Shown here: positions 17,657 through 26,766 of the stretch, one piece after another | Numbering within the stretch: position 1 is the stretch's first letter | Layout: each line of letters begins with the position of its first letter | DNA from: Nitrospirota bacterium | GTDB lineage: Bacteria; Nitrospirota; Thermodesulfovibrionia; Thermodesulfovibrionales; UBA6898 | Direction: 5' to 3' | NCBI GenBank assembly: GCA_021813425.1 | Contig: JAKAKQ010000325.1 | Location: 1 to 36,630, forward strand | Length of the DNA: 36,630 nt | The notes under the pieces: generated by a model | What the model was told of the DNA's origin: nothing | Database searches by the model: none | What the model saw: the letters and a program-made list of their open reading frames with translations, nothing else | Position numbers and translations under genes: made by a program

Positions 17657-18898
17657 TTACGCTGATTCAGCCTGTTTTTCGTATATCAGGATGGGCTTTT
17701 CCTTTTTCATAACGGTATCCTCGGTTATAAGACATTCCCTGATGCCTTTCTGGGACGGTATCTCATACATCACATCCAGCATTATCTCCTCAAGGATCGC
17801 CCTCAGTCCCCTTGCGCCTGACTTGCGCTGCACAGCTTTTTTTGCGATAGCAGTTAATGAGCTGTCAGTGAATTTAAGCCTGACATTGTCGAACGAAAGC
17901 AGTTTCTGATACTGTTTTGTCAGTGCATTTTTAGGGCCCACAAGTATGGTGACAAGTGAAGCCTCGTCAAGGTCGTCAAGGGTTGTAACAACAGGAAGCC
18001 TTCCGACAAATTCAGGAATGAGACCGTATTTAATAAGGTCCTGGGGCTCGGCAAGACCGAGTATATCCCCTATTCTCTTTTCACTCCGGCTAACAACATT
18101 AGTGCCAAACCCGACTGTCTTCTTGCCTATCCTCTGCTCCACAATCCCGTCAAGACCGATAAAAGCGCCTCCGCATATAAAAAGTATATTCGTTGTATCT
18201 AACTGTATGAAATCCTGCTGTGGATGCTTGCGGCCTCCCTGCGGCGGGATGTTGGCGATCGTGCCTTCGATTATCTTGAGCAATGCCTGCTGCACACCTT
18301 CTCCTGAGACATCTCTTGTTATCGAAGGGTTGTCGGATTTCCTGCTTATCTTGTCTATCTCATCAATATATACTATCCCCCTCTGCGCCTTCTCTACATC
18401 ATAATCAGATGCCTGAAGGAGTTTTAGTATTATATTCTCCACGTCCTCACCAACATATCCTGCCTCTGTAAGTGTTGTCGCATCGGCTATGGTAAAAGGC
18501 ACATCGAGTATCTTCGCAAGGGTCTGTGCAAGAAGGGTCTTTCCCGTCCCTGTAGGGCCGATGAGCAGTATATTACTCTTCTGGAGCTCCACATCAGATT
18601 CAGCCGGATTGTAAATCCTCTTATAATGGTTATGCACCGCTACGGAAAGTATCCTTTTTGCCTTTTCCTGCCCTATCACATAATCATTAAGAACAGCATG
18701 TATCTCTTTCGGTGTAGGCAGTTTTGGCAGCGACTCTCCAACTGCCTCTACATATAATTCATCAGCAATTATCTCATTGCAGAGCTCGATACATTCGTTG
18801 CATATATAGACTGTCGGTCCTGCGATAAGTTTCTTTACCTCTTCCTGCCCCTTTCCGCAGAACGAACATTTAAGAGCCTCTTCGTCTCTTTTTGCCAT
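17657..18898 (-). CDS. clpX: ATP-dependent Clp protease ATP-binding subunit ClpX
   Basis: 413 aa. It has an N-terminal zinc ribbon (CSFCGK...CNEC) and a Walker A motif ([11 protein letters not shown]), plus the ClpX-typical YVGEDVENI and [10 protein letters not shown]. Confidence 0.95.
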   Translation of the reverse strand: MAKRDEEALKCSFCGKGQEEVKKLIAGPTVYICNECIELCNEIIADELYVEAVGESLPKLPTPKEIHAVLNDYVIGQEKAKRILSVAVHNHYKRIYNPAESDVELQKSNILLIGPTGTGKTLLAQTLAKILDVPFTIADATTLTEAGYVGEDVENIILKLLQASDYDVEKAQRGIVYIDEIDKISRKSDNPSITRDVSGEGVQQALLKIIEGTIANIPPQGGRKHPQQDFIQLDTTNILFICGGAFIGLDGIVEQRIGKKTVGFGTNVVSRSEKRIGDILGLAEPQDLIKYGLIPEFVGRLPVVTTLDDLDEASLVTILVGPKNALTKQYQKLLSFDNVRLKFTDSSLTAIAKKAVQRKSGARGLRAILEEIMLDVMYEIPSQKGIRECLITEDTVMKKEKPILIYEKQAESA

Positions 18899-18978
18899 TA
18901 AATCCTCCAGATAAATCCGGTATCGATTAACCGGTTAAAATAATCCCGGTCTTCATGCCTTTGCCTGCCCGTTTTCAT

Positions 18979-19599
18979 CTATGACGACCGCGTCAGGTCA
19001 CTCACTACCTGTTTTTTCTTTATCGAATGAATTACATCATCTACTATGCCGTATGCCTTTGCTTCCTCTCCCGACATGAAAAAATCCCTGTCAGTATCAG
19101 TCTGGATCTTATCGAGAGGCTGTCCTGTATGCATGGAAATTATCCTGTTCAGCGTCTCTTTCATCCTCAGGATCTCTCTTGCATGTATCTCTATATCGGT
19201 TGCCTGGCCCTGGAAACCTCCCATAGGCTGATGGAGCATAATCCTTGCATTGGGGAGTGCAAACCTCTTTCCCTTTGTCCCTGCTGAGAGGAGGAGCGCA
19301 CCCATACTTGCGGCCTGTCCTATGCAGTATGTTGATATGTCGGGCTTGACATACTGCATGGTGTCGTAAATCGCAAGGCCTGAAGATACAATGCCTCCAG
19401 GCGAATTTATATATATATGTATGTCCTTGTCAGGGTCTTCGGTCTGCAGAAAGAGTATCTGGGCTATTACAGTATTTGCAACTATATCATCTATTGCGGT
19501 GCCCAGAAAGATTATCCTGTCTTTAAGCAGCCTTGAATATATATCATACGCCCTTTCAGACCTCCCGGTCTGTTCAATCACTATGGGGATAACGCTCAT
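18979..19599 (-). CDS. clpP: ATP-dependent Clp protease proteolytic subunit ClpP
   Basis: I prefer the start at M36 of the track ORF (ATG 19599), preceded by aaggag. [33 protein letters not shown] is a canonical ClpP N-terminus. The catalytic context GQAASMGA and MLHQP is present. The longer ORF would overlap tig. Confidence 0.92.
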   Translation of the reverse strand: MSVIPIVIEQTGRSERAYDIYSRLLKDRIIFLGTAIDDIVANTVIAQILFLQTEDPDKDIHIYINSPGGIVSSGLAIYDTMQYVKPDISTYCIGQAASMGALLLSAGTKGKRFALPNARIMLHQPMGGFQGQATDIEIHAREILRMKETLNRIISMHTGQPLDKIQTDTDRDFFMSGEEAKAYGIVDDVIHSIKKKQVVSDLTRSS

Positions 19600-19600
19600 G

Positions 19601-20905
19601 CTATTCTCCTTTGATAATTTCGGCTTTTGAGAGTATAAGGTCAAGAACCTTTTCGTCTCTGATTGTATGTTTAAGATTCTCGAGTGAGCCGTCCTTTGTA
19701 ACAAAAAGATTTATTACAGCCTCCGGCGTTGTCTGGAAATGTCTCGCAAGAAGCATGATCTTTGTTTTCATCTCCTCTTCAGAAACACTTATGTTCTCTC
19801 TTTCGGCGATCATGTCCAGTAAGATAGTTGCCTTCACATTATTTACAGCCTTAGGCCTGATCTTATCGATTAACTCTGAATCGTCTGTGCTCTCTGCGGC
19901 TGCTTTTGCATCTGCCTCACTTATCAGTTCCTTTGTCTGTTTCTTTGAAGCCTTTTCATTTACCACAAGGGTCTCGAGTTCTCTTTCGAGAAGCGACTCC
20001 GGTATATCGAAATCCTGGGATTCTACCATCATATCAAGGAGCTTTGACTTTTGCTGTTTTGCAGCATTATCCTTCTTGGCCTTTAAAAGCCCTTCCTTGA
20101 TCTTTTCTCTCAGAGATTCGAGCGACTCATGACCGAAATCCTTTGCAAATTCAGTGTCAATCTCAGGCAGTCTTTTCTCTTTAACCTCTTTCACTGTTAT
20201 TCTCAGACGGTTACCTTTATCCGTATCTTCCTTCACTTCTTCACCTTCGACAGAAGGCAGAGATATCTCAACAACATCCCCCTTTTTCCTGCCGGCCAGC
20301 TCATCGAGTATCCCCTTCGGCACAAGGTTGTTGCCGAGGTTCATCACCTGATCCTTTGCAGATGAAAGCTCCTTTGTTCCAGATGGGTCAAGTTTAATAT
20401 AATCGATCACAATGAGGTCATTCTCTTTGATCTCCCTTTCAACAACCTCGAACATCGCCCTTTCTTCCTGCAGTCCCTTTAGGGTCTCTTCTATCTCCTT
20501 GTCCTCTACATCAGCAGCAATGTCATCAACTTTTAATCCAGTATAATTAAGGTTGCTGATCCTGGGCCTGACCTCTACTGTAAGTGAAAAAGAAAGCGGT
20601 TCGTTATGCTTTAAATCAGGTTTATTCTCAAAACTCGGAAGAGTGACGGGCACAAGCTCGGATTCCTTTAATGCCTTTGAATAATAGTCAGGCACCAGTC
20701 TTTCTATTATGTCGGACTTGATATCTTCACCGAATTTTTTTTCGATCAGATTAACAGGGGCCTTGCCAGGCCTGAAGCCCGGTATCTTCGCCCTCTGCCT
20801 GACACTTTCGAGTGAAGACTTGTATTCTTTCTCTATGATATCTGTCGGGATCTCGATCTTCAGCCGCTTCTTGGTGCTGCTTATATCCTCAACCGTTATG
20901 CTCAA
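19601..20905 (-). CDS. tig: trigger factor
   Basis: 434 aa. It has the N-terminal ribosome-binding region with the GFRPGKAP motif, and sits in the conserved tig-clpP-clpX order. Confidence 0.92.
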   Translation of the reverse strand: MSITVEDISSTKKRLKIEIPTDIIEKEYKSSLESVRQRAKIPGFRPGKAPVNLIEKKFGEDIKSDIIERLVPDYYSKALKESELVPVTLPSFENKPDLKHNEPLSFSLTVEVRPRISNLNYTGLKVDDIAADVEDKEIEETLKGLQEERAMFEVVEREIKENDLIVIDYIKLDPSGTKELSSAKDQVMNLGNNLVPKGILDELAGRKKGDVVEISLPSVEGEEVKEDTDKGNRLRITVKEVKEKRLPEIDTEFAKDFGHESLESLREKIKEGLLKAKKDNAAKQQKSKLLDMMVESQDFDIPESLLERELETLVVNEKASKKQTKELISEADAKAAAESTDDSELIDKIRPKAVNNVKATILLDMIAERENISVSEEEMKTKIMLLARHFQTTPEAVINLFVTKDGSLENLKHTIRDEKVLDLILSKAEIIKGE

Positions 20906-21048
20906 ATCCGCCTCCTTGCATGTTTACCCTGTTAAAATACCTAATCTCTGCCTGACATTTGCGTTCATATTAATTTATACATTAACAGGATTTATTTAAT
21001 GTAAAATAATACCGCACCTTTAGTCAATTTTATGGCATAATCTCTTCC

Positions 21049-23697
21049 ATGAACCTTTATTTAATCGATGGGAATTCGTATGTTTACCGTGCATATTACG
21101 CAATCAAAAGCCTTACGAATTCAAAAGGCTTTCCAACAAATGCGATCTTTGGTTTTACGAATATGCTGCTGAAGATCATAAAAGACAGAAAACCCGAAGG
21201 TCTTGTTGTCTCTTTCGATTCACCCGAATTGACTGAAAGACACAGGATATTTAAAGACTACAAGGCACAACGGCCCGAGACGCCGTCCGACCTCGTACAG
21301 CAACTGCCGCATATCAGAAGAATGATATCCGCCTTCAATATCAGCATATTCGAAGTCCCTGGTTACGAGGCTGACGATCTTATCGGTACAGTCGCAAAGA
21401 GGGCAGGGAAAGAGGGGGCAAAGGTATTCATCGTGACAGCCGACAAGGACATGCTGCAGCTCGTTGATGAAAACATAAAGATATACGACCCGATGAAAGA
21501 CAGGGTGCTTGATAAGGATTATGTGAAAGAAAAGTTCGGGGTCGGGCCTGAAAGAGTAACAGAGTTCATGGCGCTTACAGGCGATGCTGTTGACAACATA
21601 CCAGGGATAAAGGGTGTGGGTGAGAAAACAGCAAAGGACCTGCTTTTGTCTTTTGAAACTCTTGACGAACTCATCGAGCATCCTGAGAGGATAAAAAAGG
21701 AAAGGCTGAGGACAATGGTATCAGAAAACAGAGACATTGTCCGCCTTAGCCAGAAGCTCGCGACCATCGATACTGCTGTGCCTCTTGATATCGATCTGAA
21801 AGAATTCGGGTTGGGTGAGCCGGACTGGCTTTCTTTACTTCAGCTTTTCAGAGAATTTGAATTTACAAGTCTGATGAAGCTTATACCATCAACAGAGACT
21901 GTCAAACGGGAGCATGAAACAATAAGTTCAATCGGCAGACTTAAAGAGTTTGTGTCCTCAATAAAAGATGAGATCGCATTCGATGCAGAGGCTACAGGAA
22001 GAAATCCCTTGACAGACAGCCTTGTCGGACTTGCACTCTGCAACGAAAAAGAAAGGGCATTTTACGTCCCTGTTGCACATTCGGTCTCACTGGAAGGTCC
22101 GGGGGAACAGATAGAAAAAAGAGATATGGTAAATATACTCTTACCAATATTTGAGGATAAGGGGATATCAAAGATAGGGCATAACCTCAAGTATGACATA
22201 ATGATTCTCGGACAGGATGGGGTGAATATATCAGGAAAACTCTTTGATACGATGATAGCCGCATACCTTTTAAACCCGAACAAGCCAAACCACAGTCTCG
22301 ATGAGGTCTCTTTCGAATATCTGTCAAAGAGGAAAAAGTCTTTCATGGAGGTCCTGAAAAAAAGACAGTCATTTGCAGATGTTACGATTGAAGAGGCTAC
22401 AGCTTATGCATCGGAAGATGCCGCCCTCGCCTTTGAACTGAAGGGGATACTCTTCAGGAAACTTATCGAGAACGGACTCGAAGATATATATTTTGATATC
22501 GAGATGCCTTTGATCGAAGTGCTCATTGATATGGAGAAGGCCGGGATCAGGATAGACGCCGGGATGCTGAATAATCTGTCGAAGGAACTTTCCGTTGAGA
22601 TAGACAGTATCCGGAAAAGAATATTCTTCCTTGCGGGAGAGGAGTTTAATATCAACTCGCCGAAACAGCTGGCAAAGATCCTGTTCCAGAGCCTCGGGCT
22701 TAATCCTACCAAAAAGACAAAGACCGGCTTTTCGACTGGCATGGAAGTACTCGAAGAACTCGCAGAGGTGCATGAACTTCCAAGAGAGGTCCTGAATTAC
22801 AGGAGCCTGAGCAAACTCAAGACAACATATCTCGATGTGCTTCCTGGTATCATAAATACCCAAACAGGCCGGATACATACTTCCTTTAATCAGACCATAA
22901 CCGCAACAGGCAGGCTGAGCAGCAGCGACCCTAATCTCCAGAATATCCCTATAAGGGGAGAATGGGGAAGGCGCATCAGGGAGGCGTTTATAGCAGAAGA
23001 AGGCAAACTGCTTCTTTCTGCAGATTATTCCCAGGTTGAATTAAGGATACTTGCACACCTGAGCCAGGATAAAGGCCTTATCGATGCCTTTAAAATGGAT
23101 CTTGATATACATACACGGACAGCATCTGAATTATATGGTGTCCCGCTTGATAAAGTATCTTCTGATATGCGGAGGACTGCCAAAACAGTAAATTTCGGAG
23201 TAATATACGGGATATCTGCATTCGGGCTTTCAGAGACCTTGAATATAGAAAGGAAAGATGCGGAAAAATATATCAGACAATATTTCGAACGCCATCCTGG
23301 TGTTAAGGAATATACAGAAAAAATACTTTCTGAGGCAAAAGAAAGTGGATATGTATGCACTCTGCTTGGAAGGAAAAGACCGGTGCCTGAATTGAAAAAC
23401 CCGAACAGGAATATCAGGCAGCAGGGTGAAAGGCTTGCTGTAAATTCGCCGATACAGGGGACTGCCGCAGATATCATCAAGATCGCCATGATAAACATAC
23501 AGAATAGATTCAGAAAGGAATCTGTCAATGCAAAAATGATCCTTCAAGTGCACGACGAACTCCTGTTCGAACTTCCTGTATCAGAACTGGATATCGTTAA
23601 AATCATCGTAAAGGAAGAGATGGAAGGCGCGGTGAAGCTTTCTGTGCCTGTAAAGGTCGAAATGGGCTCCGGCAAGAACTGGGCAGAGGCTCATTGA
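21049..23697 (+). CDS. polA: DNA polymerase I (5' nuclease, 3'-5' exo and polymerase domains)
   Basis: 882 aa. The 5'-nuclease N-terminus is LIDGNSYVYRAYYA. Pol motifs present: DYSQVELRILAHLS, RRTAKTVNFGVIYG and QVHDELLFE. Confidence 0.95.
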   Translation: MNLYLIDGNSYVYRAYYAIKSLTNSKGFPTNAIFGFTNMLLKIIKDRKPEGLVVSFDSPELTERHRIFKDYKAQRPETPSDLVQQLPHIRRMISAFNISIFEVPGYEADDLIGTVAKRAGKEGAKVFIVTADKDMLQLVDENIKIYDPMKDRVLDKDYVKEKFGVGPERVTEFMALTGDAVDNIPGIKGVGEKTAKDLLLSFETLDELIEHPERIKKERLRTMVSENRDIVRLSQKLATIDTAVPLDIDLKEFGLGEPDWLSLLQLFREFEFTSLMKLIPSTETVKREHETISSIGRLKEFVSSIKDEIAFDAEATGRNPLTDSLVGLALCNEKERAFYVPVAHSVSLEGPGEQIEKRDMVNILLPIFEDKGISKIGHNLKYDIMILGQDGVNISGKLFDTMIAAYLLNPNKPNHSLDEVSFEYLSKRKKSFMEVLKKRQSFADVTIEEATAYASEDAALAFELKGILFRKLIENGLEDIYFDIEMPLIEVLIDMEKAGIRIDAGMLNNLSKELSVEIDSIRKRIFFLAGEEFNINSPKQLAKILFQSLGLNPTKKTKTGFSTGMEVLEELAEVHELPREVLNYRSLSKLKTTYLDVLPGIINTQTGRIHTSFNQTITATGRLSSSDPNLQNIPIRGEWGRRIREAFIAEEGKLLLSADYSQVELRILAHLSQDKGLIDAFKMDLDIHTRTASELYGVPLDKVSSDMRRTAKTVNFGVIYGISAFGLSETLNIERKDAEKYIRQYFERHPGVKEYTEKILSEAKESGYVCTLLGRKRPVPELKNPNRNIRQQGERLAVNSPIQGTAADIIKIAMINIQNRFRKESVNAKMILQVHDELLFELPVSELDIVKIIVKEEMEGAVKLSVPVKVEMGSGKNWAEAH

Positions 23698-23751
23698 AAA
23701 TTTATATCAACATTGCCCTAAATCTGATAGAATATAGCACGAGGGGGATAT

Positions 23752-24960
23752 ATGAAAGCTAAAGGAACAAAGAAAGGACCAAAAAAACCCGCTGTTAAGA
23801 AAACGGCAAAGACTGTTTCTGAAAAGACAAAAAAGACCGTTAAAAAAATTCCCGCGGTTAAGGCCAAGACCGGAAAAAAGGTAAAGGCAGAAGTAAAGGC
23901 AAAAAAAATCAAAACCAAAGAAACAGAGACCGGGGTTAAGATTAAAAAAGAAAAAGCTAAAGAGATAAAAACCAAAACAAAGTCTAAGACAGAGGCAAAG
24001 GCTAAGGTTAAGGTTAAGGAAAAACCAAAAGCTATAAAATCAAAAAAGCCCGTCAGGGTAAAAACTAAGGCCGAGAAAAAAATAAAGGCGGAGGTAAAGG
24101 TAAAGAAAACAAAAGCCAGAGAGAGCAAGGCCAAGGTTGAGGTTAAGGCTAAGAAAAAGACAAAATCCATAACAACCAAAAAGCCTGAGGTCAGGGTAAA
24201 GGCTAAAGCTGAAAAAAAGATAAAGGCAGAGGAAAAAGTAAAAACAAAGACTAAGACAGAGGCAAAGGTTAAGGAAAGGCCGAAAGCCATAAAAACAAAA
24301 AAGCCCGAAGTCAAGGAAAAAGCTAAGGCAAGATTAAAAAAGAAGACAGAGGGAAAGATAAAGACAGTTGAAAAGAAAAAATTGGCTGTCCCTGAAATAA
24401 AGACCACGAAACAGATTTCGCTCCCTAAAAAGAAAACAGTGAAGGGGAAGGCAGTTGTTTCCTTAAAGGCTGCTGAAAAAATTGAAAGACCTGAAAAGAC
24501 CCCTCTTAAAATATTCCTTCCCGGGGAAGAAAAGATCGAAGAGATTGTTCAGGAAGTCATGTATCACGAGCTTCCTGTTGAGTATGGAGAAAATGAATTG
24601 TTTATCATGGCTGTTGACCCTAATTACATATTTGCAAGCTGGGAGATAACAAAGGATGACATTTCAAAACATAAAGGGCATCTGAATATCCGCGTTTATG
24701 ATGTTACAGATATGGAATTTGACGGCAGTAATGCCTGGAAGTTCGTTGATATAAAGATAAACAACCGCGTTGGAAGCGGTTTCTTCGAGGTTAACATGCA
24801 CGGCAGAAACGTAATAATGGAAATCGGGTTTATAAAAGAGACCGGGGATTTTAAGCCGCTTATAAGGTCTAACATGATCTCGATTCCTGCCTTGCTGTCC
24901 TTTGACGAACTGGGGATTGTAAAGAAATTATATGAGGCAGGCGTTCCTGTTGGTTACTGA
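23752..24960 (+). CDS. lysine-rich repeat protein with a DUF4912-like C-terminal domain
   Basis: 402 aa. Roughly the first 230 residues are K-dominated, with imperfect repeats (PKAIKSKKPVRVKTKAEKKIKAEVKVKK / KSITTKKPEVRVKAKAEKKIKAEEKVKTK / PKAIKTKKPEVKEKAKARLKKK). The C-terminus ELPVEYGENELFIMAVDPNYIFASWEI resembles DUF4912 from memory. An SD (gaggggga) precedes the ATG. Confidence 0.7.
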   Translation: MKAKGTKKGPKKPAVKKTAKTVSEKTKKTVKKIPAVKAKTGKKVKAEVKAKKIKTKETETGVKIKKEKAKEIKTKTKSKTEAKAKVKVKEKPKAIKSKKPVRVKTKAEKKIKAEVKVKKTKARESKAKVEVKAKKKTKSITTKKPEVRVKAKAEKKIKAEEKVKTKTKTEAKVKERPKAIKTKKPEVKEKAKARLKKKTEGKIKTVEKKKLAVPEIKTTKQISLPKKKTVKGKAVVSLKAAEKIERPEKTPLKIFLPGEEKIEEIVQEVMYHELPVEYGENELFIMAVDPNYIFASWEITKDDISKHKGHLNIRVYDVTDMEFDGSNAWKFVDIKINNRVGSGFFEVNMHGRNVIMEIGFIKETGDFKPLIRSNMISIPALLSFDELGIVKKLYEAGVPVGY

Positions 24961-25011
24961 AAATTCAAGTTCTAAGCCTGTTTCAGTATTAGCCCAGATT
25001 ATTCATAAACT

Positions 25012-25836
25012 ATGATAATAGAGAAAGGACATAGTATCCTCGCTCATTCTCGGTCTTCGACCTCCGAGGTATTTGCCCTCTTTATTTATCAAAATACATG
25101 CTGTTTGAGTATCGGCCAAATAAAACCGCTCAAATACTACGTCCTTTCTGTATTCGAAAAAATTTATGAATTAAGCAGGTTAGATCTTTTTCATCGCTAC
25201 AACTTGCTTTCTTGTTTTCTGATCTTCGTACTGCTGGCGGGTTGTTCAACAACTTCGACTTCCAGCCTCACGAGAGAAAGGGAGGAAGAAGCCGCCGGAT
25301 ATTTAAAGGCCGGAGGCAAATATTATGAAGACGGCAAATACCGCAGGGCTGTCGAGGTATACAGGATAGCGATCGATATCATCCCTGACAATCCTTATGC
25401 ACATTTTAATCTTGGCGCTTCCTATGAAAGATTAAATATGTATGATGAGGCTGTTGAGTCCTACAAGCAGGCAATTAAGATCAAGCCAGATGATCCGCTC
25501 TTTTTTTACAGTCTCGGAGTTATCTGCAGCAAGACCAAAAAGTTTCAGGAAGCAGTCAAGGCATTCAAACAGGCTGTCAAAATATATCCTAAATATGCAG
25601 ATGCATATTACGGCATTGGCTGGGCATACGGCGAGATGGGCAAATATCAGGAGGCTGTTGAAGGTTACAGGAAATCCATTTCGGCAGATCCTTCTCTTGC
25701 AAAGGCACATTCCGCACTCGGACTTGTCTATATAATGACAGGAGACAGGAAATCAGCTCTCAAAGAATACGATGTACTTAAAGGCCTCGATCCGATAAGG
25801 GCAGAAGACCTGATGGATGCAATAAACAGGAAATGA
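25012..25836 (+). CDS. TPR-repeat lipoprotein (start codon uncertain)
   Basis: The lipobox is VLLAGCS at residues ~73-79 of the track ORF. It is followed by several TPR units (YLKAGGKYYEDGKYRRAVEVYRIAIDIIPDNPYAHFNLG...). The ATG at 25012 makes the ORF read through the inverted-repeat element. An in-frame TTG at 25204 would give a very short signal peptide. Confidence 0.7.
   Translation: MIIEKGHSILAHSRSSTSEVFALFIYQNTCCLSIGQIKPLKYYVLSVFEKIYELSRLDLFHRYNLLSCFLIFVLLAGCSTTSTSSLTREREEEAAGYLKAGGKYYEDGKYRRAVEVYRIAIDIIPDNPYAHFNLGASYERLNMYDEAVESYKQAIKIKPDDPLFFYSLGVICSKTKKFQEAVKAFKQAVKIYPKYADAYYGIGWAYGEMGKYQEAVEGYRKSISADPSLAKAHSALGLVYIMTGDRKSALKEYDVLKGLDPIRAEDLMDAINRK
25023..25148. repeat. 126-bp element bounded by a 15-bp inverted repeat (1 mismatch)
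   Basis: gaaaggacatagtat (25023-25037) pairs with atactacgtcctttc (25134-25148). An internal palindrome is gacctccgaggt. It lies within the 5' extension of ORF 25012..25836. Confidence 0.65.
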
Positions 25837-25839
25837 GTA

Positions 25840-26679
25840 CTAACAAGTCTTGAAAACGCATTCATTACATGCGCTATCTTTCCTGTTGCTCCTGCACATG
25901 CCTGAAATGCCATGGTGACAAAGGGCAAAATCATATTTCAGAGGATCCTCAGGGTCTAATCTTTTCATGGCCTCAGTGATCTCGACAGCCGTCTTCCAGT
26001 CCTGCGCGCCTCTCTTTGTAAAACCGAGGCACCTCGATATTCTTGCTATATGGATATCAAGAGGTATTACCAGCCTGTTCTTCGGGATATCATTCCATAT
26101 TCCGAAATCTATGTCCCTGTCCCTTATCATCCAGCGAAGAAAAAGGGTTGGCCTCTTGCATGCGCTTCCATTTACAGGTGAAGGGAAAAACTGAATCAGT
26201 CCCTTTGGTTTTATATTTTCTCCATAAACTCCTGAAGTATCTATCTTCAGGAATTCAGCCATAAGACCTGAAAGACCGTTTTCTATATTCCTGTCATCAG
26301 GCTTATAATATTTTTTAAAGACATTTTCGATAGAAACATTTGTTCTTAACACCTTATGGAGAATAAACAATATGCAGATAATGTCTTCGTTCTTATTGAA
26401 CCTGTAACTTATACCCTCGAATAACTTACTGTGCCTCCTGATATTGAAATCCATCAGGAAATCATATGGGTTTTGTCCCATCTCAGATAAAATCTTTTCC
26501 AATACACCTTTAAACAGATCGACCCTTCCGTATGCAAAACATGAGGAAATAAATCCGGCAATTTCTATATCTAAAGGGTCTTTGTACCTGTGCGGGAATT
26601 CAATGGGATCGTGCATCACCCTTTCCTGAAAATTATATTCCCTATAGAATCTGTCGAGGGTTCTCTTGAGCTGATTCAT
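25840..26679 (-). CDS. TIGR02757/DUF2400-like protein
   Basis: 279 aa. The N-terminus is LDRFYREYNFQERVMHDPIEFPHRYKDPLDIEIAGFISSCFAYGRV, and there is a C-terminal Cys cluster (CHHGISGMCRSNRKDSACNEC). The family assignment is from memory. It converges on the TPR gene with a 3-nt gap. Confidence 0.6.
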   Translation of the reverse strand: MNQLKRTLDRFYREYNFQERVMHDPIEFPHRYKDPLDIEIAGFISSCFAYGRVDLFKGVLEKILSEMGQNPYDFLMDFNIRRHSKLFEGISYRFNKNEDIICILFILHKVLRTNVSIENVFKKYYKPDDRNIENGLSGLMAEFLKIDTSGVYGENIKPKGLIQFFPSPVNGSACKRPTLFLRWMIRDRDIDFGIWNDIPKNRLVIPLDIHIARISRCLGFTKRGAQDWKTAVEITEAMKRLDPEDPLKYDFALCHHGISGMCRSNRKDSACNECVFKTC

Positions 26680-26702
26680 CCTTAATAGATATAATACAAA
26701 TA

Positions 26703-26758
26703 AGCTTGTCAGCTTGTCAGCTTGTCAGCTTGATGGCTTGATAGCTTGATGGCTATCA
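26703..26758. repeat. 8-nt tandem repeat x7 (agcttgtc x3, then agcttgat/ggcttgat variants)
   Basis: Read directly: agcttgtc agcttgtc agcttgtc agcttgat ggcttgat agcttgat ggctatca. It lies in the intergenic gap between the kup stop (26767) and the TIGR02757-like gene start (26679). Confidence 0.9.
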
Positions 26759-26766
26759 GCACGCTT

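Noticed and set aside
18979-19704. Long N-terminal extensions in the track ORFs for clpP (35 aa), rbfA (24 aa), the Ig-like lipoprotein (7 aa), the cytochrome (8 aa) and the 88-aa small protein (11 aa)
   Set aside because: Internal ATGs with proper AGGAG-type RBSs give canonical N-termini or signal peptides. The extensions overlap upstream genes or lack an RBS.
19611-20132. 173-aa + strand ORF inside tig, and similar long antisense ORFs in polA (21220-21681, 22369-22878, 23025-23528), pilQ and infB
   Set aside because: All are nested antisense to genes with unambiguous family motifs. None has a recognisable motif or RBS.
23718-24407. 229-aa - strand ORF rich in Phe/Leu/Ser
   Set aside because: It is the antisense reading of the AAA/AAG-rich lysine repeat gene. 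Its composition is an artefact of TTT/CTT codons.
26703-26758. Possible CRISPR array (also considered for the 26-bp repeats at 32124-32951)
   Set aside because: The 8-mers are contiguous with no spacers. The 26-bp repeats are 363-439 bp apart and the intervals contain genes. No cas genes are present and the repeats are not CRISPR-like palindromes.
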